DNA of 64,000 nucleotides from Setoptus koraiensis (Eukaryota; Animalia; Arthropoda): NCBI GenBank assembly GCA_048013815.1, contig CM106585.1, positions 15,252,001 to 15,316,000 of the forward strand, read 5' to 3'. Shown piece by piece: positions 51,915 to 64,000 of this stretch (position 1 is its first letter; each line of letters starts with the position of its first letter). The notes under the pieces were generated by a model. It saw only the letters and a program-made list of their open reading frames with translations, ran no database searches and was not told where the DNA came from. The position numbers and the translations under genes were made by a program.

Positions 51915-54900
51915 GAATATGTGCTGCCGTGCTGGCCTATTAATATTAGCTGGCCGGGCGAGCTGACGGCGGCGGCGGCGGTCAGTTGACGACGATAACC
52001 GTCCAGACCGCCGCGTGTCTAGACACGCACAAAAACCGTTTTTGCCATGTCTAGCTGGCTTGGCGTGGATGTGCCAACAGTGTTCGAACAAGATTCGGGG
52101 GCGCCAAAAGAAGCCAATGGAACGGTGCACGTAATTGTGTGCAAACTACCATTTCGCGTTACTTATTATCCAGCTCATAACGTTTATCCGCTGCTTCGCC
52201 TAACTATTGCAGTAAGTTGAGCGCCAACAGGGGCCCAATTGCAGGCGAGCGGCGCCAAGATATTTAAATGAGCATGGCGTGACACTTGCCATTTTTCCAT
52301 TCGGTCGCCATCTACCATTATCACACCAACAAACAGTATATATCAAACGTATTATATCGCGCGTATATTACGAAATGAAATGCTTAATAAATGGCTGCGT
52401 GCCACGTTCACGATGCGAAGCGTTGATGCGGCCATTTGCACCCTGTCGTACGAAAACTGAGCCTCACAGTACTCACTGAGGCCGTCAAGCTGACCGGAAG
52501 TGGCAAGTCGGCACCAGTGCGCTGAGAGGCCACATTAGAGCAGTGGGTGCCATTGTTTGGCGCCATTGTTTTTGTCCGGTTGTTGTGCCAGTAATGGACT
52601 GCAGGGGCGCCACAACAGCATGCCGATGGGTACATCATGCAGTGTGCATGGCGGCTCGAATTCAGCTGAAATCCGACTGAAATTCAGCCGAAATTCAGCC
52701 GAAATTCAGCCGAAATTCAGCCGAATTGCAGCCGAAATTGAGCCGCGATCAACTGCGATTCAACTCATTTAAAAATGAAAGTAATTTTAAACTGCTGCGC
52801 GCGCGATGGGCCCCCTCATATGTGACACATGAGAAACAATTTTCGCTGTAGTTATATAATGTGCGTCACATAATGTGTGCCGTATAATGGCCATTGTCCA
52901 TTGTATAAAAGTGGCCGTTGTTGTCGTTGTCAAATCTCTGTCAGACGCGACAACTGCGAAACTCGAAATGTAAATTTATCACACTATATATATATATATA
53001 TAAACAGTGCCATCCGATTTATATTGTTTATATTATTTATATCGTGCACATATTGCGCAATATAAAGTGGGCCTCACGGAGTCAGTTGATACAGTTGCTG
53101 TGAGTTGTCAGTGGGCTCGCTAATCTATTTGTGATTTCAATTGGCTGCAACATTTGCGCAATTGTCGCAACGCTGCCATTGGCGCCCAGGCCCATTAGCT
53201 TATAACGGGGGCCCCATGGCATCATTATGGGCCCAGTTATAAGCTGTCCACTTGCGGCAGCTTATAATGGCTTATTATGTGTGCGATATTGTCTGGTGCC
53301 GACAACAACGAGTCGACGCTGCCCTGTCAACGGACGCTCACCTGTCTCTAATTTGCTGATATTCATCTGATTTTGGCAGATATTCACCTGATTATTGCAG
53401 ATATCATCAGCCTCATTATTATTGCTGATATTATCGCTAGCCACTCGATTGAATCGAGTGTTGCGAGCGGCCACTAGAGTCGCTGCCAGCAGCATGGGCA
53501 GTGGCGAGTAAATGGGGTCCTCGTGATGCGGCCACACGCACCCTGTCGGACAAAAACAAAAGCGACAATCGACTCGATTAAAATGATCGTCGGCGAGGCC
53601 CATGAGTGGGGGGGCGCCGCCAAATTATTATTATTATCATTCGGCAAACAAACACAGTTTGGCGTTGCAAATTAAACTGCGATGCTAATGACGATGCAGC
53701 ACGCTGTTTGTGGTTGTTTTTGTTTCAAACCAAACGCTAGCTCGCTGTTGGCTTAGACAAAAGTTGTTAGACAAAAGTTGTCGGCTGGCAGTCGCAAAAA
53801 GTTTGTGTGTGTGTGTGTGATCGAGCAAAAGTGCCCAAATATCCAAATAAAATATCCGAATATATCCACGCACTAAGATAAATATCGTGCCAAGTTACAT
53901 AATGATGCAAAAGCGCCAATAATGACTAACAAATGAGCGTAATGTTGCCATTTGGTGCGCAAACTTGTCCAAAGTTGTTGCCACTCGATCCATCGCTTGC
54001 TCCTATATTATATACGTGTTACATCAGCCCATGGGGCCCCGCTTATTTTTGCCCAGTGGCGAGCGGTCGCAACGGGCGCCGCGGACCTGGGGTGGCATGA
54101 CCCGATTGCAGGGGGGCGCCGATTGAAAATCAGCTTTCGGCGGCAATCGCAAATATTGCGACTAGCGCCGAAAGCTGATTCTAGCCGAAAAGAAAGATTT
54201 GATCTGAGGGCGCCAACTTTGGATCGACACGGGGCCAACTGGGCGAGATCTCTGGCGCTCTGTTTGTGTGTGTACTTTTCGGGCAGCCATTGTTTGTTTA
54301 TGCTCTATTTGCCATCATCATAGTGGCCAGTGTTGCGGTCTAGCCAGGCGAATATTGCATTTTTGGTGGTTTAATCGAGCACGAGCCGACCACTGGAGCG
54401 TCTCCGGCGGCTCGCTGGCTGACAATGTGAGGCGCGCCGGGCCGCGCCACCAGCCCGACCGGGCGCCTTAATTTATGTGTGGCGCCGCCATGTCAGAGTG
54501 GCCCGCATCGCGGAGTGGCCGGGATCGCGGAACAGCCGAGATTGCGAAGCAGCCGAGATTGCGGAACAGCCGAGTTATTGCGCGAGATCGCGACTGAGAT
54601 CGAAAAATTGCCAATGCCCAATCCAGCGAACAGCTCGCATGGAGGCATAAAAAGATGCGGCCAAGTGTCGCTCGGATTTAATTCTCGAGATGCGACAAGC
54701 GTGCATACTGGTCATATTGTTTCAGGGGCGCAGCCAACAAGTTGACATTTATTATTGGGCCGCTCGCCGGCTCGCCGGCCCGCCGGCCCGCGTGCCCATG
54801 TGTGAAATATGGCTTTGGCCGGCTTGGCGCCGTGATTGCCACTGCATCATCATGTCTATTGCATCATGTGTATTACGGCATGCTGCATCATATCCACTGC

Positions 54901-57900
54901 ATCATCCATCTATCGCGTCTATCGCCTCAGACTGGCCGATTGCGTCAGACTGGCCGATTGCCTCAGACTGGCCGATTGCGCGATTGCACGCGCTGGCTGG
55001 ATGCGCGCGCGCGCGCCGACTATGCAGCGACGGTCCATTTGTCTGTCTATCTATGGATATTTATCTGTACATATCGGCCATTGGTGTGCGGCCAAAATGG
55101 GGCCCCTGTTCTGGCGAGTGGAGAGACTGACTTGTGTGAGAGAAATTCTTGCTTGCAGCGCACTTGCACCGCCGGCCGTGCACCAGCACAACGCGAGCAC
55201 AACGCGAGCACAACGCGAGCACAACGCGTGCACAACGCGTGCAAAGTGCGCGTATTATTATGCACATAACAATTGAATTTAATAACAATCCAGTGCGCGC
55301 TGTTCTTTTTCACTCGTGCCAGCACAACTCGAACTCGAACTCGACTGGCAACTCCAGTTCCAGTTGCCAGTCGAATTCGAATGCCATTGTTGGATATAGA
55401 AGCGGCGGCGGCGGCGGCATTATGCAACTCTCCCACGCGACTGCATGTAGCGCGCATACACCGCTACATGCAGTGTATGCGCGGGCCGCCATACAAGACA
55501 CTGCTGGCAAGACACTGCTGGCAAGACACTGCTGGCAAGACACTGCTGGCAAGACACAAACAGAATGGAAATAATGTGTATCGAGAGATATTCAATTTTG
55601 TTTGTTTGCGTTTGTCGCGAATTTGGCGAAACAATGGGCCCGCCATTGACTGTCTATTGAGCGGCCAGCACCGGGTGCCCAGAGCTCGCAGCTCAGCTCA
55701 CAGTTGAGGGGCCCGGCGCGCCCGACAGTGTCAATGTGCTCGACGCTGGCCAGCCAGCCACTGGCTTAACTGGGGCCCCGGGCCCGCAAACGAATCCCGC
55801 TCGCTGTGAATGCGCCGCCAATTTATGGCGACACATTTGCCGAGCGCATTAGCGCAAGACGCTCCGGCGGCCGCCGCTTCCTTTGCGCTTGCCCTCGGCC
55901 CGTTCTCGGCCCGTTCTCGGCCCGTTCTCGGCCGTTCGGGGCCACTCTCGCCCGCTGTCCCACATTGTCGCACAGTCTGCCCCACGCTGCGCCATTCCGC
56001 CGGGCTAGTGATTGTGCGGAAGATCGTAATTAGTCACGTACAATCTTTAGAAAGTGGACAACACCGGCGACGGGCCCGCAGATATCGGCACCGGAGTGCG
56101 CTGCTGACAGGCCGCACCCGCGAGACGCCATTAGCTATTTTTATATCATATTGGCTCTCGTGCCGTATAAAACCACTGGATAAAAGTGGATAAAAGTGGA
56201 TAAAACCGCCGGATAAAAGCGCCGGATAAAAGCGCTGGATAAAACTGCCCAAAACTGGGCAAAACGGGCTAGCAGTGGGCGAAACTGGCCAAAGGCGGAT
56301 AAAATTGGGCAAAAGCGGATAAAACGGGGCGAAAGCGGCCCGCCGGACAGGCCCACTGGATAAGGGCTCTGTCCGGCATATCAATTGTTGGCGGATAATT
56401 GCGATTCGCCCTCGCGAAAGTGACGGGCGCATTAGTCATATTCGTCATATTCGTCGGCCGGATTGTCGGGCCGGTTTGTTCAGTTTTAGCGGTCCGCGAA
56501 CAACTAATCAGCGGGCGCTCATTTTACTATCAGTTCAATCTCTATGTCTTGCAATGTATCGCACGATTTAATTGTGGACATGCCGTCCGCTTACTTAACA
56601 TCGAGAGCGGTCCAAGTGTCGCCCGAGTGAGCGCCCCATTTCGCTCAATTGGCCGCCGCTCTGGCTGTCGTCGCCGTTGATAATGAATCTAGCGGCGCCA
56701 ATATTTGGCGCCGCTAGATTGGGCCGAATGTGCGCACTGGGGCCCACTTGCCGCTGCTCGTGCGTCCGGCCGAGCGTCCGTCGCTCACAGGGGTTAGACG
56801 CACGCCTAAGGAAGGGGCCCCGTCGCTGGCAAGTTGACAGCGCTGCTTATAAAAGAGCCAAGAGCTAATGACTCGACGAAAGCCAGCGACCAGCCAATAA
56901 TTTTTCCCATTTCACGGTATTCTCATCACGTCGGCCCAGCGCAGCGCATTCGTTTGCTGGGGCCGGCAGCGGACAAAAAAGCCCGCCAGAGCGAGCCATA
57001 AAAGGGATAAAAGGAGTGGAAATAGATTGTCACTTGTGGTTTGCCCGTGGGCCGGCCAAACGGGGGCCTCGTTGCAATGCAATGCCAGGCACAAACTGAA
57101 CGCTCGTCGTCCTCACAACAACAGTCAACTGTCCAGACGAGATCGCCAGCACCAGTTATTGTATCACACACGGTGGGTGATACAAGTTGCCGGCCGGATA
57201 TAGGACAGGCCGCACTAATTAATATAGGGGCCCGGCGGGCCAAACAACGAGGTGTTTGGCGGCTTGCTGTTTGTTTATTGGTTGTTGTTGCGACCGCCAG
57301 GGTCCGGCGAGCAAACAAACGAACCACCGACCGGCCATGGGGCCAGATTTTGGCGGGCTTGTTAGTTGTTGCTTGGCGCGCAAATTATCAGTTACATCGA
57401 ATTATATTATCCGATTGGCTGGCCGGCTCGCCATTCGATCCGGTGCCGGCCGGCATGTCCGACGGGCCGGCTAACTAGCGCGCTTATCTATGCTGCAGCA
57501 GCAGCCAATTAGACGACCGGCCTCGGCCGGGTAATACTTTTGACGACACACTGGCGGGCTCGCAAAAAGATAATAGCAACTCGATAATGGCGAGCGACGC
57601 AGCTAATATCGGCCGGGCAAGCAAGCTAATAATTCAATCAATTGGATTTGTATTAATTGGAGGTGATTCAGCTGGCGCGCCGCTGCCATTGTCGGCCGTT
57701 GGCCCGTGCCCGCTCGTCGGGGCCCCTTGTGTTCTGTTTTGGCGCCGCTGCAGTATAGGCTGGCGCCGTTGTTGTCGTCTTGTGATTTGATGCTTGCTCC
57801 GAGCAACTTGCTGGCCCGAGCCGGCAATTGCAGAGGCGGCCCGCGATGGCAGAGGCGGCCCGCGATTGCAGAGGCGGCCCGCGGGTGTCTTGCCTCTGTT

Positions 57901-60639
57901 GAGGCGTGCACATAGTACGCACAATACTCGTGGCTGTTTGCTGACATTGTTTGCCGCGGCATATAATGTTATGCAACACGATAAATAATCAATGGCAACG
58001 CTGGCCCAACTACAATTGACAGTTCTTTTACTTATCAGCTGACAGCTAAAAGATTGCTTATAATCAATTCAAAAACGGGCCTCTTCACTAAACAGTCCTT
58101 AGTGTTTGCCACTGGCTCTGTCTGGCCGGCTTCGCTGGCTTGCTGCCGGGGCCCCTTCTCGCTGTCCTGCCTCCAGCTAGATGGTTCGTCTTGGCTTCGT
58201 TCGGAGGGGCGAGGGGCGGCAAGATGAGGCTCAGATCATTTGAGTGAGATGAGCGGCCAGAGAGCAGCAGATAGACGTAGATCAGCCAGAGGGGCCCTTT
58301 GTCTTGCTGCAAAGTTGGTTCGCCCAGTCGGCTGGCAGAGGGCCATCATTGACAATTAACTTGCAAGTTTTTGCTCTTTGGCTGGTTCGTGCCACGGCCA
58401 ACAGAGTGGCCCAAACCGACGGTTAATTCGAATGAGCATCATATCGACACTGCACTTGTTGTGTAGTTGTTGTTCGGTCGTTGTTTGGCTGTCGTGTAGT
58501 TGTTGTGCCGCTTTTCGAGCGGTTGTTGGCCCGTTGCGCGCAACGGCCCGTCAATGGGCGCTGGCGTGTTGGCGTTGGCCAATCGACCACTAGCCATAAT
58601 TATATAATACTGTGTGTCGCGCGTCAGCGAGGTCGCATTCTGAGGCGTTTTTTGGTTTGCTTCGTCCGCGAACGAGCAGTCGGTTGCTCGCTGCAAATGT
58701 AACTGATGGATAAATTCTTAATGCGACAATTCTTTCAGTTTGCCAGTGAGGCACGCCAAGAGCGCCTTCGAATGCATTCGAAAGCGTTCGAATGCGCTCG
58801 AATGTGTCGCGACCGCCGGACACTTGTCGTGATGATGCACATGCATTACCAGCGACACTAAACTACTTTCTACAAATTACTCGCCCCTTCGGGGGCCTCA
58901 CTTGCGGCAGTCTTATCTCTCTCGCTCTCTCTCGCGCGCGCGAAGAGTCTCTCGCTTATGCAATAATGTATAGCGTTGCAACGGTGGCTGTCCAAAACAA
59001 ACACCTCTAATGATCTAACGGTCTGTCCGTCACACCGACCGGCCCGCGGACACAGCGGCGCGCCGACCGACGGACACAGCGGCGCGCCGACCGACGGAAT
59101 GGCCATTAGAGACTGGGGCCCCTCGCCAGCGCCGGCACTGTGCTGATACATTTGCCGGGCGCATGCAAGGCGCCGTTTGAATGATGATCAAGAGTGTGCA
59201 ATGATAAAACGCATTAGCAATATCTGATGTGCCCTCCGAATCACGAGTTCTCATGGTTCGTATCATACAAATTGTACGGTTCGTAATACGAACTTCGTGT
59301 GGCCAGCCATCGTAGATCGCCGGCAAATTGCAACGCGCCTAGGTGGCGCCCACTGGCCGACTGGTGCCAAATCTCAGATTATTGATAATATAATAATAAT
59401 AGTATCAAATAATCATTGCGAGCGTCCAGTTCGAGCGTCACTTATAGCAGTTCGAGCCGATATATTCGTTGCAGTGGCTCGCTCAATCGGCTCGCTTGCC
59501 ATCTGATTGAACTCGATCTGACTGACAATTGTGAATTTGTGATCGATCAGCTGGCTTAACGATCATCGATCAGTAATTTGACATTGCAAGCGACCGCTGG
59601 AGGCCGTGACATTTGATTTTTTATTGTTGCCGTTCTATTAAAAGTTTTTGTAAGCGCTCGTTTACTCTTGCGTAATAATCTGTCGACGGGTCGACGGGTC
59701 GACGGATCGTTTGGCGTTGCAACGTTTACCAATTCGACGACAACATTATGTAACATTTAAACTGTGTGTGCAACAAAAATAAGAATGTCATCAAAGCGAA
59801 AAAAAAAAAAACAATTAGCTTTCAGCAAGCGGCCGCTAGGAGGTGCCGGCGCAACTCACCCCTGGCCAGCTCGCCAATGGCCGGGCCCATGGGGCCCAAA
59901 TATAGAGATATTTGTGTATTTGCGTGCACGGTGCCATCATCATTTTTGCATTTGTGGAGGCAAGCGGCCGGATTGAGCCGGAAGGAAGCGGCGGCGCAGT
60001 GCCATTGGCCCCAAACGTAATCTCGCCTAGCTCGCACAGCTAAAACGCTTTTGAGTGACACGGATGTCGGTGTTATTGTTGCCCGTGGGCACTAGAGGCG
60101 CCAATAATGTAATAATAATGCACCGGTGGCGAGGAATCGGTTAACATGCCCGATACAAGCGACGTAATTGATACATGCTCTATTGCGCTATTTTCGCGCC
60201 TCTCATCGTGCTAATCTTATCCGGATTGGCGGCATTGCATGCGAGGCATTAGCGGCGGTTGTCATGCCAACTTGATACGAGCTTGTTACGTATGGCAACT
60301 CGATACCGTGCCAACTTGACCTATTAACGTTTGCGTTTGTGTATCGCTGGCGCGCATAAAACAACAACCGTTCGGGCGATGCCGGCAAACCGGGCCATTC
60401 GGGCAATTATGCCCGTTGCCGCCAAATCGGGCCGCTCGAGCCGCTCCAATGTGGCGCTGTCACTTGGAATATCGGCGCGCGCCTGACATTGGCGTGACCT
60501 CTCGCCGGCGACAGTCTTGCCGCGAGCGAGCGGTCGCCCGCATCGGTACACACTCATGCAAATGCGTTCGCCCGCCCCCGTTGTCAATTGCACGATGCCA
60601 TCTGACTGCGACCACAATCCAAACAATCCCGACAATCGC

Positions 60640-60830
60640 GACGGCCGCCACAATCCCGACAGTGCCGACAGTGCCGACAATCCCGACAGTGGCGACAATC
60701 CCGACAGTGGCGACAGTGCCGACGATCGCGACAATGCCGAAAATGGGCAACGAGCGGACGCTGTGACATTGTCGAATGCGAAACGGAAGCGCCATATCGC
60801 GACATTGTGCGACATTGTGCGACATTGTGC
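60640..60830. repeat. 9-bp (CCGACAGTG/CCGACAATC) and 10-bp (GCGACATTGT) tandem repeats
   Basis: Directly visible. Confidence 0.85.
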
Positions 60831-62040
60831 GGCGGCGGCGGCCCGGCGAGCAGCAAAAGTTGCGCCGCTGCACAGGCCAAGTTATTCGTCGCTTTTTATT
60901 TATCCAAATCCGGCCCAAAGCGCCGGTCATGGGCCCAGCGAGGCCTGGCCAGTCTATTAACAACGAGCTGGAAATTCATTACATATTTTAGACACACAAA
61001 CCCGGCCAAAAGCTGAGACTAAAATGGGGGGCTGACAGTCAGGTTGTTGAGTGTGCCGACTTGTCGGAGTTGTGGCGTTTGGTTTGGTTGGCGCCCCTGG
61101 CCGTTGCCAATTGTTGTATGCCGGCGGCAATTGTCGCAACTGTTGTGCCCGTGCCCGCGCCACAATGGCCAGATATCCCGCGTGCCGAGGTAATTATTCA
61201 TTTATAGAATGACGGGGCCCCCCCGACCAACTTACTGACTGACTGGCTCAATTCGTCAGCGGCTCACTACATACCGAGTAGTATACCGATGCTAATATTA
61301 TACGCACGGTATAATGTTAGCGGTGATACTGAGCCATGATATATGTGTGTTTGCGCCGGCGGTGCTATGAATGAACTTGCCAGGCTAATATGAATCTTAT
61401 TCAAGCATGCCATGCATACTCATTATGGCCCCATTATTATTATACCTTTATTATGTGTGGCCCGTTCTGCCGGCGATGTGCCCACTCACAAGCCGGGGGC
61501 CCCACTCGCGCTGCCTCTCTCTCTCTGCCTAGCTGCATGCTGCAAACTAAGCGACTTGCAAACTAAATCCGTCCACTAGGTAAGCTTGTAAGCTGGTAAG
61601 CTTTTAAGCTCGCCAGTTTATCGACCATAAACAACTTACATAACATTTATTCTTATATAACTATTGTCAAATGCCGATGCTGCAGTGTGGCCAGGCCGGC
61701 CGAGTTGCGGCCGCTATAACTGCGCCGCTCGGCCTCATTCCATCAAACAATGTAAAGTATGGCATGCAGCGACGACACTTTACTCGCTCACTTCTCTCTC
61801 TGGCTGCGCTTAAAAGAATAAGTCGAGCCACAAATAATATAAATAAAAACTTTGTCTGTACCAAGGGGCCAAATGAAGGGGCCAAGTCGCTGCTTGGCAC
61901 AGACAAAGTCCCAACAAAGTTTAAATTATTGCATCGGCAAACGGCGCGCAAACAGTCAGCAATTGGAAATAAACGCAAAATATGACTGCGCCTCCGCTGC
62001 ATATTGAGCCGGCCATTATCGCGCAGCCACTTTTTAGCGG

Positions 62041-62196
62041 TTGTAGTTGTAGTTGTAGTTGTAGTTGTAGTTGTAGTTGTAGTTGTAGTTGTAGTTGTAG
62101 TTGTAGTTGTAGTTGTAGTTGTAGTTGTAGTTGTAGTTGTAGTTGTAGTTGTAGTTGTAGTTGTAGTTGTAGTTGTAGTTGTAGTTGTAGTTGTAG
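62041..62196. repeat. Perfect (TTGTAG)26 hexanucleotide array
   Basis: 156 bp with no interruption. Confidence 0.98.
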
Positions 62197-63193
62197 CTGC
62201 GCCACTATCACCGGGGCTCGGCGAATCGCATTTGCACGCGATAGTAACGGCGGCCGCCTCACCACTGGTGAGTCACTACACGTGTTATGAGGCGACTTTT
62301 GTTGGAAATTGGGCGAAATTGGGTGAATTTTCAACTTTGCCAACTTCAACACGCACACGCAAGCCCGACGCGAAGAGGCCCGGCCAAACATAATGCAAAT
62401 TCACTCGAGGCCATGAATAATGACGCCGATTGACGCTAATTTATCCAAGGCAGAATAAGTTTTTGAGCGAAGCAAGCGAGCCGAAATAAAGATAAACCGA
62501 AAACAAATTAATTTCCAGTGTCTTTTGGGCCCGCAAACGCTTTGCCGAAATTGCTCGCCCGAACGGTTTGCAGATTGTTTCCGCTGCTGCAATGGTGCGG
62601 ATTGGCAAATGCGTTGATGCTGCTTTAGTAGATTAGATTCCATTTGGGGCCCGTTGTGTCTAGTGTGTGCGGCCCGAGCAACAATACTATTGAAATTATT
62701 ATCGATATCTATGGAAACCAGCCGATTATGAGGCATTATCGACACTATCGATTCGATGGTGCGCCTCTATTTCATTTTATTTTTGCCTATTTATCGGCCC
62801 AATCTATGGCTCTATTTCTCTCTGTTTCATTTGCTGCTCAGCTGGGCCAAATGGGGGCAATATTGCAAAATATCTTGCGTCGCCGGGCTACTTACGATTG
62901 GTTTTTGGCTGGGGCCGGCGCATGCCAGCCAGGCTGCAACAGAGCCGCACAGAGCCGCTAAGAGCCGCAAAAATACAGCAATACAGGAAACCATAAATCC
63001 AAGGATCATTTTGGGGCCCGCGTTAATATATTTTGTGTGTGCGAGCGCGTGCAAGAGATGAATTTTCAATTCATTCACTCCAACTCTGACTCTGACTCTG
63101 ACTCTGACTCGCAACTCGCAACTCGCGCTCAACTCGGGCGCCGGCGAGTTCCTGGCAAACAAATTGAGCCGGCCAGCCACTGTTGGCGGCCGG

Positions 63194-63277
63194 CGACAAC
63201 AGCAGCAACGACAACAGCAGCAACGACGACAGCAGCAACGACAACAGCAGCAACGACAACAGCAGCAACGACAACAG
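63194..63277. repeat. 15-bp tandem repeat ACAACAGCAGCAACG x ~5.5
   Basis: Directly visible. Confidence 0.9.
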
Positions 63278-64000
63278 TTGCAGTTAGCTCAGGTAGCTCA
63301 CCTGTGACACAATATGATATTGGCGGCAACACGCCAATTCATACATATTCAAAACGTCATTATAATGATATGCGCAGTTTTGTTTGTGTGATTGCAATTG
63401 TGCTACCTGAAGCATGTTGTATCGTATCTGTTACGTAACAGAACAGCCACTGACTTACTTGCTCGCTGGCTCACTGGCTCACTGGCTCACTGGCGGCCTG
63501 TTATCTGGCTGGCCCACATACACAAATGAAAGCATTTGTTGGCCGGGCCTCGTTGCTGGTTAGCTGGCTAGTGACACTGCGCTAGCTGTAAGCTGCCTCA
63601 ATAATTGGCCCCCTTTCAAACCGATATCGCCAGTAACGGTAATAGTGACACAATGCATGCGCACGACACATAATAACAATTTACACTATGCCAACAACAG
63701 CCACAACAACAACAGCGACAACAACAACAACAATTCACCAGCGATCGGGGCGCCAAACAAACATGCACACAGGGTGCATGTCGTTGCTGTTGCTGCTGTT
63801 GTTGTCATTCTTTTAGGCCCCTCTAGCAATCATTATAAATAATAAGCACGCACAAAATCACGAGCTAGCTCGGCGATTGGTGGCGTCAATTGCGCCAATT
63901 GCATCATTGGTGGCAGGTGCGCCAGTCTGGTTCGCTTGGCTAACCTCATGGTCGTCGGTTGCTGTTGCTGCTGTTGGGGAGGCGCTAATTTGGGTTGGCA

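Noticed and set aside
42080-64000. Numerous 60-170 aa ORFs, including poly-V, poly-LQ, poly-CS and SPETSPAT repeats
   Set aside because: They are products of GC-rich DNA and tandem repeats, open in several frames, with no domain signatures. Only the peptide genes and Elk exon 1 are supported.

Overview
Eukaryotic, intron-poor arthropod DNA. Gene content and compactness suggest a mite, possibly eriophyoid-like; that assignment is inference only. Bases 1-41.7 kb are gene-dense. Genes there are RalGAP alpha (5 exons), a type I membrane PAN/apple-domain protein (6 exons), a GH18 chitinase, an orphan ORF, YIPF6, full-length USP7, APMAP/hemomucin, PCBD and a CCDC141/zormin-like spectrin+Ig protein. 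Head-to-head with USP7 lie two genes built only from copies of the USP7 N-terminal MATH/TRAF domain, with 2 and 6 tandem domains. They have acidic linkers and no catalytic domain, and 7 of 8 domains have altered the substrate-binding D-W motif. They arose inside a tandem segmental duplication with a 5-bp microhomology junction, which also produced an APMAP pseudogene. Bases 41.7-64 kb are GC-richer and mostly non-coding. They contain a tandem array of three intact and one pseudogenised secreted peptide genes with a C-X15-C-X3-C-X24/25-CCC (defensin-like) framework and conserved promoters. They also contain exon 1 of an Elk/KCNH channel followed by an apparent intron of more than 13 kb full of short tandem repeats. 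One hAT-type MITE and possible hAT relics are present. No rRNA, tRNA or CRISPR features were recognised. All calls were made by eye; no database searches were run.
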